This document shows, piece after piece, positions 1 through 7,233 of a DNA stretch of 13,202 bases. Position 1 is the first letter of the stretch, and each line of letters begins with the position of its first letter. The notes under the pieces are model-generated. The model had not been told where the DNA came from. It saw only the letters and a list, made by a program, of their open reading frames with translations, and searched no databases. Source of the DNA: a virus; IMG/VR virus record IMGVR_UViG_3300045988_115487, positions 1 through 13,202 of that record; one strand, 5' to 3'. Made by a program: the position numbers and the translations under genes.

Positions 1-73
1 AATACTCAAGTCCGTGGTGGACGGACAAATTTCTTCCCCACACGGACACATGTGTATGTCTATGACGGACACG
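1..73. repeat. Left inverted terminal repeat (73 bp, perfect), protein-primed replication origin
   Basis: 1-73 is the exact reverse complement of 13130-13202 (aatactcaagtccgtggtggacggacaaatttcttccccacacggacacatgtgtatgtctatgacggacacg); identity stops at position 74. Confidence 0.97.
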
Positions 74-101
74 AAAAAAGACCCCGGTCAAAACCGAGGT
101 C
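74..101 (-). terminator. Rho-independent terminator of the rightmost-to-leftmost (late) transcript
   Basis: Minus strand GACCTCGG-TTTTGA-CCGGGGTC-TTTTTT: 8-bp stem (one G.U), 6-nt loop, 6-T run; lies directly after the last stop codon (116) and ends exactly at the ITR boundary. Confidence 0.92.
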
Positions 102-115
102 AAACATTTGTTCGC

Positions 116-1441
116 TTACTGGAAAAGTGGGTCGAACACAAATTCACCAAAATCCACACATTCAATCTGGTTGATATCATATCTCAAATAGTTTCTTTTT
201 TCAGTATTAATTGCATGCATAATTAAATACACTTTTTTCTCTGAAATTTTGATAACCCCTTGTACAATCTTGAATAAATTCGCTTCCCCTGCTGTGCCAG
301 TTTCTTTTCCCCTAAGAATCACGCTACACGGTAAAGTACAGTCTGTTGCATTGAAATGGATTGCAGGACTGTCAATAGAACCCACTTCCAACGGAGTACC
401 GTCCAGTTTTAAGTTTGGAACATTTATCTCACTGAGTTTAAGCTCTAAACATCTCACTTTAGCAGTGCCATTAAAAATGGAATATCTGATTTTCGCACCG
501 CCTTTACCTGGAATATTGGTGGTCTTTGTAAAAGTTGTACCATACTCAATACTGTTAATCGGCTTAAAATAAAGTCCGTCAAACGCTCCAATCACCATAT
601 TTAGAATATTCTTATGACCCTGTTCGGACGGGTGTACACCGTCATTTGAAAAAGATGATTCATACAGCATACCCTGATACGCTGGTATAACACTAAATCC
701 CAATTGAGCGGCTGAATATATCCAGATTTTAATTGCTTTAATCACACTGATATACTTTGTTGATGTGTGAATCCCCTGTTGATGTCCTTCCCATGTCCAA
801 CCCATAGGACACACAACGACATTTTTACAGTTTTCAAAATTATTTGATATTGCGCTCTGGAAATCAATCATTCCCTGACTGATATCGTTCTCAGCAGCGT
901 TCCTGTCATTATAGCTTCCACCAATAATAATTTTGACAATATTTTTCTTGTCGTTCACCGTCATACTGCTAGCTAACTCGTTTAGCATATTGGTGAAAGT
1001 TTTTGTCCCGTCCGCTTTAAAACCGTAACCGCCAATAGCACACAGTTTTACAGTATATCCATTTTTTTCAAGAGCACTTTTAAGCATATACGCCCATGAA
1101 TATTCCTTATTAGATATATTTTCTCCAGCCGCATAACTGTCACCTAAAATAAGAATCGTAGGTTTATTAACTCTAGCCAGTGCTCCCTGTAATAAGGCAT
1201 CCGAAATTATTTCTGAAAGCTCACCACTCTCTTTCATTTCTTCTAGAATTCTTCTCACTTCACTATTAATTTCCAGTTTTGCAAAATAATCTGTTACAAA
1301 ATTTTTCAACTCTTCAAATCTATCCTGCAAATTAGAGAAATCGTCCTGCATCCTAAGCCATTCATCCGTCAACTTTTTTATTGTTTCTATAATCCATGTC
1401 AAGTTCATTTCATGGAAATTCGTATATGGAAATTTAAACAT
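116..1441 (-). CDS. Tail appendage/receptor-binding-type protein: N-terminal 'FPYTNFHEMNLTWI' coiled-coil attachment module plus SGNH/GDSL hydrolase domain
   Basis: SGNH blocks: ILILGDSYAAG (block I Ser), IIIGGSYND (block III Asn), NDGVHPSEQGH (block V Asp/His). N-terminus MFKFPYTNFHEMNLTWIIETIKKLTDEW resembles the conserved N-terminal module of virion appendage proteins in Firmicutes phages. Confidence 0.8.
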   Translation of the reverse strand: MFKFPYTNFHEMNLTWIIETIKKLTDEWLRMQDDFSNLQDRFEELKNFVTDYFAKLEINSEVRRILEEMKESGELSEIISDALLQGALARVNKPTILILGDSYAAGENISNKEYSWAYMLKSALEKNGYTVKLCAIGGYGFKADGTKTFTNMLNELASSMTVNDKKNIVKIIIGGSYNDRNAAENDISQGMIDFQSAISNNFENCKNVVVCPMGWTWEGHQQGIHTSTKYISVIKAIKIWIYSAAQLGFSVIPAYQGMLYESSFSNDGVHPSEQGHKNILNMVIGAFDGLYFKPINSIEYGTTFTKTTNIPGKGGAKIRYSIFNGTAKVRCLELKLSEINVPNLKLDGTPLEVGSIDSPAIHFNATDCTLPCSVILRGKETGTAGEANLFKIVQGVIKISEKKVYLIMHAINTEKRNYLRYDINQIECVDFGEFVFDPLFQ

Positions 1442-1454
1442 TTTCTCACACTCC

Positions 1455-2096
1455 TTAATACACTAACAAGAAGAACTCTTCTTTAAACATTTCAGTAATT
1501 TTACTCAACGCACTCATAGATTTTTCAAGCTTGAAATCCAACACCTCAAGTTCCGACATTCCCGTAGACTTTGTTTCTTTTTCCGTTTCTGTCGTTTCAT
1601 TTTTAGAATTCTTTGCGTTGTTGTTTGTCTCATTGTAGCTTGCTTTTCCTCCATAAGTAATGGTTGTGCTTCCCCTATCCACAAGTGACGTTGAGTTAAA
1701 CCCTGCTACTTTTTCAGCTGTTGAATCCGACCCGCTCGTTCCACTATTACTTTCCTGTTTTAAATTTTCTTTATCTTCTGTTTCAGACTTTCCTTTTCTG
1801 TCTCTTGTAATCGTCTCTGTTTTTGCGCCCTCTGTTTTGGAAATGGCGAGTTCTATATCATAGATAATCGAGAACAGTCTTTCATTTACAGATGACCATG
1901 AATTTAGAGCTAGTGCCATTTCAGTAGGTGACGGTATCAAAACTTCTAATTCAGCACATTTTAACAGAACATAGTTTTGAATATTTTCCTTTCCAATATC
2001 ATTTACCATATTGACAGGTAGATGATTTATGAAATTATCTTTCAACAGATTCTCATTCCATGCTAGCAGACCCTGCAAGTAAAGTTCCCCCGGCAT
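1455..2096 (-). CDS. Lower collar / tail tube connector protein (phi29 gp11-like)
   Basis: Position directly downstream of the portal gene, size (213 aa from ATG at 2096, SD GGGGGGTG upstream) and a central low-complexity S/T/N/E/K insertion; the ORF-track start at 2114 is a non-ATG extension. Confidence 0.65.
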   Translation of the reverse strand: MPGELYLQGLLAWNENLLKDNFINHLPVNMVNDIGKENIQNYVLLKCAELEVLIPSPTEMALALNSWSSVNERLFSIIYDIELAISKTEGAKTETITRDRKGKSETEDKENLKQESNSGTSGSDSTAEKVAGFNSTSLVDRGSTTITYGGKASYNETNNNAKNSKNETTETEKETKSTGMSELEVLDFKLEKSMSALSKITEMFKEEFFLLVY

Positions 2097-2973
2097 TATT
2101 TTCACCCCCCTCATTATGACGCAATTTAACGTTTAGATTGAGATTAAACATTCTGTTTGTCTTTTCGACCCCTTCTTTCAATGTTTCAAGCCATAGTTCC
2201 ACTTTTGTGAAGCACTCAATATTGTTACTGTTTACCTCATCCACTATCATGCGTTCTTTCTTGTCACTTCTCGTGTTTGGTATGCCAACCTCATTGCAAA
2301 ACATTTCTTCCCATCGTCTTAACGTGTCCTGTAATTCAGGGGCGATAAAATTCTTTTTCAAGTCATTGTTAAAAAAATCTAACGGGATATTGCCATCTCC
2401 TATTTTCAGTTTTTCATCATAGAAAACTCCAAGTTCACCCCTCATTACATCGTCTAGAATTTTCTTCATTGATTCAGCCTGACTTTTTCCTCTCACAGCG
2501 AAAAGGAATGACAGCTTACTGTTCATGATATTCATTTCACATGATTCGGCGGTCATAGCCATATTATCTGCATAGTAATTTACGATATCGGAAATACCAC
2601 TATAATCCGGCTGTAATTTGATAAGAGAACACTGAGTGTTGATTTTAGGCTCTAAAATGCCAGTCAACAGAGGATTGACAATTATAGCGTGTGTGGGATT
2701 ATAATAGATGTTATATCCTCTCAATCCGCAATGCTGGCATATAACACCAAACTTATCTGTATTCACAACCGCCAGATATCCATTTAGAAACAGTGAATAC
2801 AGAAAGTAATTTTTATCCCACATTTCAGGCAACTCAAACTCAAATACAGACATAACTTTTTCAAGCAAATACTTTTTGAAAAACATAAACATTTGTGTGT
2901 TTTTCGTGTGAAGAGTTGACGGACTGTAAGACGAATTAAACAAGTTTACCATTTCGTAACTGTATGGCATCAT
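2053..2973 (-). CDS. Portal / upper collar connector protein (phi29 gp10-like)
   Basis: 306 aa; FIAPELQDTLRRWEEMFCNEVGIPNTRSDKKERMIVDEVNSNN matches the upper collar connector pattern; position beside lower collar. Confidence 0.85.
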   Translation of the reverse strand: MMPYSYEMVNLFNSSYSPSTLHTKNTQMFMFFKKYLLEKVMSVFEFELPEMWDKNYFLYSLFLNGYLAVVNTDKFGVICQHCGLRGYNIYYNPTHAIIVNPLLTGILEPKINTQCSLIKLQPDYSGISDIVNYYADNMAMTAESCEMNIMNSKLSFLFAVRGKSQAESMKKILDDVMRGELGVFYDEKLKIGDGNIPLDFFNNDLKKNFIAPELQDTLRRWEEMFCNEVGIPNTRSDKKERMIVDEVNSNNIECFTKVELWLETLKEGVEKTNRMFNLNLNVKLRHNEGGENNAGGTLLAGSASME

Positions 2974-2974
2974 A

Positions 2975-3622
2975 TCACCCCTTTATAAATACAGAACTCC
3001 AATATTGAGCATACTCATAACGTTCTGGCTGATTCAGGCTTGCCGGTCTCAGATAGTTATACATGAATGCATTGGTCAGAGTTTTCAAGTCATGGTTTCC
3101 AGTTGCCCATTCACGCCAAGTCATATTGTAACTAGATGTAGCATACCATTCCGGTTCAATACCTCTATTGGCATCTCCCACACTCTCTTGATATTCGGCG
3201 AACAACACAGCGCACTGTTTTCCACCATCGTACCAGTCGTCATGCTTGCCGTATAATAAATCAAGCACTGAGAGTAGTTTTGTTCCGGGTGTCCACTGTA
3301 CAAGTCCTCTACCGGGTCCATCTGCAGTGGTTCCACCGCCAACCTCCAATAGTCCGGGATTCATGGTACTTTCTTTCTCCATGTTTCCAAGTAACGCCAT
3401 ACGCGCAGTAGCACTCCAACCTCTCTCTTTGAAATAATTGTTAATGTTTGCGGCATTTTGCATCATCTTATCACGGGGAAAATATCCCTGTACTGTGTCA
3501 GTAACAAGAACGTTCCAATTTCCAGATGGCAGGGGAATTTCACCGCCACCACCACCGGAACCGCCTTTTTTAAGTCCTATCAATAATGCCGAATTATTAT
3601 AAGGATATCTCAACGAACTCAT
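2975..3622 (-). CDS. Phage tail lysozyme / peptidoglycan hydrolase (phi29 gp13-like, Phage_lysozyme2-type)
   Basis: NINNYFKERGWSATARMALLGNMEKESTMNPGLLE...GPGRGLVQWTPGTKL is typical of the tail lysozyme family; N-terminal Gly-rich linker GGSGGGGGE. Confidence 0.85.
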   Translation of the reverse strand: MSSLRYPYNNSALLIGLKKGGSGGGGGEIPLPSGNWNVLVTDTVQGYFPRDKMMQNAANINNYFKERGWSATARMALLGNMEKESTMNPGLLEVGGGTTADGPGRGLVQWTPGTKLLSVLDLLYGKHDDWYDGGKQCAVLFAEYQESVGDANRGIEPEWYATSSYNMTWREWATGNHDLKTLTNAFMYNYLRPASLNQPERYEYAQYWSSVFIKG

Positions 3623-5010
3623 GCGTAATAAAATCCTCCTTCCAAGTAATTTTTAATTGTGGTTATTTCTTCTGAATAGGCACCAATGATATTAACATTG
3701 CCATTTTCCACGATATAGAAACCGTTCCCCATTGATGAGGGCACACCATTCTTCATGTAAGGTCTACCGTTATCGGCGTTATCCTCATCTGTAATCTCAT
3801 AACAATCGGTTATAAGCTGAGTATTTACGAGCATTGATGCAACTGTGTCCGCCGATGAAAGTGCAGTAGCTTCTGCTTTAGTGAGTTGTAAACCTAAATT
3901 CAACAGTGATGAAGCAGATCCAATCCAGTTACCCGAAACAATACCGCCAACTGCCCCGACTGCTGACCCGATAGCACCCGGCAAGTCATTTTTAATATCA
4001 CCAATGGAAATAGAAAAACCAACTTTTCCGGGAACATTTGCTAACATGTATTTTTCAGTACCTTTTACGATGTATACATATGCGACCGCACCACCTGTTC
4101 TGCAATCTATATCACATTGTATTGTCAGCGTGTTCTCAATGATTTTCGAATAATTCAGTTCAATACTTCCAAATCCTTGTATGAACAACTTTCCCCGTCT
4201 ATACGGATAGCTGTTTAGGTATGAACCTCTCGTTCCTGCTTGCGGATGACTAGGAACATTTACAGTTGTTGATACACGATCAATAGCGTTTGATGATAGT
4301 CTAACTGCTATGGCGTCCACTTCCCACCACCCCAAACCGATTTTCGATTCTATGACTACTTCATCTTCCACAATATCGTAGGGAAACCATAATACAGATG
4401 TTATATATTGTGCAGGGTTGAAAACCATTTTTGCAATATCTTCACCTAAATCCGCTAAATCACCAGTGCCCATCCAAGTCATAGATGAAAATACACTTTC
4501 AGAAAATTTTACAAAACCTGCGTAATTAAATTTATAGTATTCACACATACCATTTTTACCTATAACCCCTACCACAAAAGTTCCTGATTTAATACTGTTA
4601 GCTTGTGGAAAAAGAGGTTGATTTGCCATAGTTGCGTTCCGTGTAGGGGCGCTGAATGACGGATATAAAGCGTCTGATATTCTACCATCAAAATTGGTAC
4701 TAGTTCTTATGATGTAATAACTCTTCTCGCCTATTTCATCTTTAAAACTTGCCATCACATCTACTTCCATATGGCACACCCACAACCCCGTACTGTATTC
4801 CCAATCATCCACGAAATAATATCGTTCAAATTCCGGAATATAGCAGTAATTGATTTTTTTCGGACTCCAGTCTTTCGCAAACTGAAATGTGATTGTAGGC
4901 TTTAAAATGGAGGAAGGGGCTCTTAAAGCCCCCTCATAATTTTTACCACCACTCGTGGGAATCCATGTAGAATTTTTCGCTTTACCGACATTAAAACATG
5001 TCACTATCAT
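3619..5010 (-). CDS. Tail knob / distal tail protein (phi29 gp9-like)
   Basis: 463 aa; VDDWEYSTGLWVCHMEVDVMASFKDEI...YYIIRTSTNFDGRISDALYP plus hydrophobic Gly/Ala loop LPGAIGSAVGAVGGIVSGNWIGSASSLLNLGLQL; SD GGAGG upstream of ATG 5010; ATGA overlap with lysozyme gene. Confidence 0.85.
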   Translation of the reverse strand: MIVTCFNVGKAKNSTWIPTSGGKNYEGALRAPSSILKPTITFQFAKDWSPKKINYCYIPEFERYYFVDDWEYSTGLWVCHMEVDVMASFKDEIGEKSYYIIRTSTNFDGRISDALYPSFSAPTRNATMANQPLFPQANSIKSGTFVVGVIGKNGMCEYYKFNYAGFVKFSESVFSSMTWMGTGDLADLGEDIAKMVFNPAQYITSVLWFPYDIVEDEVVIESKIGLGWWEVDAIAVRLSSNAIDRVSTTVNVPSHPQAGTRGSYLNSYPYRRGKLFIQGFGSIELNYSKIIENTLTIQCDIDCRTGGAVAYVYIVKGTEKYMLANVPGKVGFSISIGDIKNDLPGAIGSAVGAVGGIVSGNWIGSASSLLNLGLQLTKAEATALSSADTVASMLVNTQLITDCYEITDEDNADNGRPYMKNGVPSSMGNGFYIVENGNVNIIGAYSEEITTIKNYLEGGFYYA

Positions 5011-5025
5011 ACATGTGCCTCCTAA

Positions 5026-6222
5026 CTAATCGAGTAAGAAAACTACACCGTTTTCCGTGAAGTCATTGTAATATCTGTCATTGAAATGCCAGAAAATGTT
5101 ACTGTATCCGCCTCTTGCATTAAACGGTGATGGCGCTGACCATTCACCATAAGTTGTGATACCGACAGCTTCCTCATCGAATAATACTCCAAAAATATTG
5201 GAAGTAACTTCCCCCTCAGTATCAGAAACGACATTTCCGTCGGAGTTCATGTACGATGCTTTTACGTTGATTCCATCTGAACTGTCAATATTCTGCCAAA
5301 ATCCCACTTTTTCATGGTCTGCCATTTTAAGATAGCTGTCGTTAAAGATAGAGGACATAACAGTAGTGTCAATATTGTTCAGTTCTTCTGAATACAGATA
5401 CAATTTCTGCTTGTTGTATGGCGTATGCCTAGAAATCTCTTTTCCCGTCACATTAATGTGGAATTTTTGTGTCCTCTCAGTCATCCAATCGGATACTGTC
5501 TTAATATACCCTGTTGCCCATTTCATAAACGGCACAAAATTCTCTGGTTGTTTTACCGTTTCAGTAGTCAGCGTGGTTCCTGCCACATCATTGTATTTTG
5601 CCACAAGATGGATAACGTTGTCGGGGTCACCTTTTACTTTACCACCGATGAAGTTCACAAGCGTCATTCTTGCTGTTGCTTCATGCGCCTGTTCGATCAG
5701 ATCAGATGCATTTGTCATAACCATAGTGACGAACCTTTGAAATTCCTGTTCATTCTGCAGAGCAACGTTTAACTGGTCTCTAAACAGTGTAATATGTCTC
5801 TGATATACGTTTTGTCCGTAAAAATTTGTTTGAAGCACTTTCGGAATGGCAACCACCTGGTCGTCCACACTCGCACCGTTTTTCAAATCATATCTGTCAT
5901 CTTTTTCCCAATCAGAATCTGCGATGTTAAGTTTTCGCACGTGGTTTCCGAATCTCATATTATCCTGATACAAACCCTTGAACTTTCTGGAATACGGTCT
6001 GATAGAAAAAATGGTTCTGCTGAGCACCTGAGAAATCGCACCTAATAGTGGGTCAATTCCTAATCCGAGTGCAGTGGTGGCAACCGAAGTGAAATCACTG
6101 GTCGCAATTGCACTAATTGTGTTTCTACCTGTTGCCTGATTTACAATTTCATTTAAAACAGCTGCTGAATTAAAATTGTCTACATTAGGAGAATCTAACG
6201 ATAATTTAGTAACTGAACCCAT
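5026..6222 (-). CDS. Major capsid protein (44AHJD/phi29 type)
   Basis: 398 aa; position between scaffold-like ORF and tail knob; FRDQLNVALQNEQEFQRFVTMVMTNASDLIEQAHEATARMTLVNFIGGKV is typical of picovirus major head proteins. Confidence 0.85.
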   Translation of the reverse strand: MGSVTKLSLDSPNVDNFNSAAVLNEIVNQATGRNTISAIATSDFTSVATTALGLGIDPLLGAISQVLSRTIFSIRPYSRKFKGLYQDNMRFGNHVRKLNIADSDWEKDDRYDLKNGASVDDQVVAIPKVLQTNFYGQNVYQRHITLFRDQLNVALQNEQEFQRFVTMVMTNASDLIEQAHEATARMTLVNFIGGKVKGDPDNVIHLVAKYNDVAGTTLTTETVKQPENFVPFMKWATGYIKTVSDWMTERTQKFHINVTGKEISRHTPYNKQKLYLYSEELNNIDTTVMSSIFNDSYLKMADHEKVGFWQNIDSSDGINVKASYMNSDGNVVSDTEGEVTSNIFGVLFDEEAVGITTYGEWSAPSPFNARGGYSNIFWHFNDRYYNDFTENGVVFLLD

Positions 6223-6226
6223 GATA

Positions 6227-6589
6227 TCACTCCTTTACTGGCGGGTTAATAATTGATGCTAACATATCTCCTGTTGTTGGTGGTTCTGGAATCTGAGAAT
6301 TACTCAGGTTTCCAACCTGAATCAGTCTTGTAATCTCATCTAACCGGTTGTCCAGAACGCCCATACGCTGATTAAACATATCCTGAGTATTATTCTGAAT
6401 CGGAACCTGTACCGGAACTGGTGCCGGTGCTGGTGCCTGTGCCGGTGTTGGTGTCTGAATCTGAGCCGGTGCAGGTGCTGGCATCGTAGTGACCTGATAA
6501 TTCTGTGATGCCACTACTCCTGCAAGTTTGATAATATCATCTTTTGTGAATCCTGCACCAGACAGTGCAATGATATCTTCGATTTTCAT
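6227..6589 (-). CDS. Putative scaffold/head morphogenesis protein, Pro/Ala-rich central linker
   Basis: Immediately upstream of capsid gene; MKIEDIIALSGAGFTKDDIIKLAG N-terminus, PAPAPAQIQTPTPAQAPAPAPVPVQVP linker, C-terminal predicted coiled coil (MGVLDNRLDEITRLIQV). Confidence 0.45.
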   Translation of the reverse strand: MKIEDIIALSGAGFTKDDIIKLAGVVASQNYQVTTMPAPAPAQIQTPTPAQAPAPAPVPVQVPIQNNTQDMFNQRMGVLDNRLDEITRLIQVGNLSNSQIPEPPTTGDMLASIINPPVKE

Positions 6590-6595
6590 GTGTTA

Positions 6596-6898
6596 TCATT
6601 CCTTTCTTGTTAAATATTTTTTATTACAAAAACCTGCATAAATCTTTCCGCTGTCTGAGTATTCGCAAAGATACCATTCCATAGTAGCATCTGTGAACCC
6701 GTAACAAAAAACAGTACGTCCTTTTTGCATCTCTACAATGATATTTGCGTTTGTATCTGGCTTATCACGCAACAACAGAGGGGAACTCTTTGTGCTTATC
6801 TTGTATTCACCATATACGTCACAGTCTGGTATAATGTCAATCATTCCGTACTGTTCTTCAATATCAGGGTCTAGTAGAATTTTTGCGCCTAATGGCAT
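6596..6898 (-). CDS. Stand-alone bacterial SH3-like domain protein
   Basis: STKSSPLLLRDKPDTNANIIVEMQKGRTVFCYGFTDATMEWYLCEY...AGFCNKKYLTRK fits an SH3b pattern. ATG at 6898 preceded by GGAG; a GTG at 6907 overlapping the upstream TGA is the alternative start. Confidence 0.55.
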   Translation of the reverse strand: MPLGAKILLDPDIEEQYGMIDIIPDCDVYGEYKISTKSSPLLLRDKPDTNANIIVEMQKGRTVFCYGFTDATMEWYLCEYSDSGKIYAGFCNKKYLTRKE

Positions 6899-6903
6899 CT
6901 GTA

Positions 6904-7098
6904 TCACTCCTTCACGTCCAGTTTATCGGCAAGTTTCTGAATTGCCATTGTATTGTTGTTCAGAACCTCTGTGAGGTTGTGTATCTCTTCTTTGTGGTTT
7001 TCAGTCTCTCTGTACCATAAATAAAAGGTTACTGCAAGGCAAGCTACAGGTACACCCAAAGAGCTAAATAACTGACTTACTGCCTGAATCCATTCCAT
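6904..7098 (-). CDS. Holin-like small membrane protein (BhlA/UviB-like topology)
   Basis: 64 aa from ATG 7098: MEWIQAVSQLFSSLGVPVACLAVTFYLWYRETENHKEEIHNLTEVLNNNTMAIQKLADKLDVKE; N-terminal TM then charged coiled coil; SD GGGGGGAG 7 nt upstream. Confidence 0.7.
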   Translation of the reverse strand: MEWIQAVSQLFSSLGVPVACLAVTFYLWYRETENHKEEIHNLTEVLNNNTMAIQKLADKLDVKE

Positions 7099-7103
7099 AT
7101 TGT

Positions 7104-7135
7104 CACTCCCCCCTCTTTTGAATTGAGGGGAAGTG
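7104..7135 (-). promoter_or_regulatory. Alternative hairpin sequestering the holin-like gene Shine-Dalgarno
   Basis: CACUUCCCCU (7135-7126) can pair with GGGGGGAGUG (7113-7104; 10 bp, two G.U, 12-nt loop), the same segment that closes the pRNA candidate; GGGGGGAG is the SD of ATG 7098. Confidence 0.6.
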
Positions 7136-7198
7136 CTGTGAGCCAACCAAACTCATGTACACGGGTTCCGCCCGTTGGTTTTGTACCACTCCCCCTAC
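7126..7198 (-). ncRNA. Candidate packaging RNA (pRNA) analogue, ~73 nt
   Basis: Minus strand 5'-GUAGGGGGAGUGGUACAAAACCAACGGGCGGAACCCGUGUACAUGAGUUUGGUUGGCUCACAGCACUUCCCCU-3'. Closing helix 7196-7187/7135-7126 (10 bp, one G.U); arm 1: GUAC 7186-7183/7160-7157, 5'-side bulge AAAACCA, ACGGG/CCCGU, 5-nt loop; arm 2: UGAG/CUCA with 9-nt loop UUUGGUUGG; bulge AACCA complementary to loop UGGUU. Confidence 0.78.
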
Positions 7199-7204
7199 AA
7201 CGAT

Positions 7205-7233
7205 AGAGTATCACATCTTGAAATAATTGTCAA
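7205..7233 (-). promoter_or_regulatory. sigmaA-type promoter P3 (pRNA candidate and late genes)
   Basis: TTGACA (7233-7228), 17-nt spacer, extended -10 TGaTACTCT (7210-7205), predicted +1 G at 7198 (TT|GTAG). Confidence 0.7.

Noticed and set aside
3121-3342. Minus-strand alternative-frame ORF (73 aa)
   Set aside because: Nested in the lysozyme gene in another frame; no independent support.
5043-5234. Minus-strand alternative-frame ORF (63 aa) inside the capsid gene
   Set aside because: Nested out of frame in the strongly supported capsid gene.
7126-7198. Structure at 7198-7126 as an intrinsic terminator after the ATPase gene
   Set aside because: No U-tract follows the stem and the structure begins at the predicted start site of P3 rather than downstream of a transcript end.
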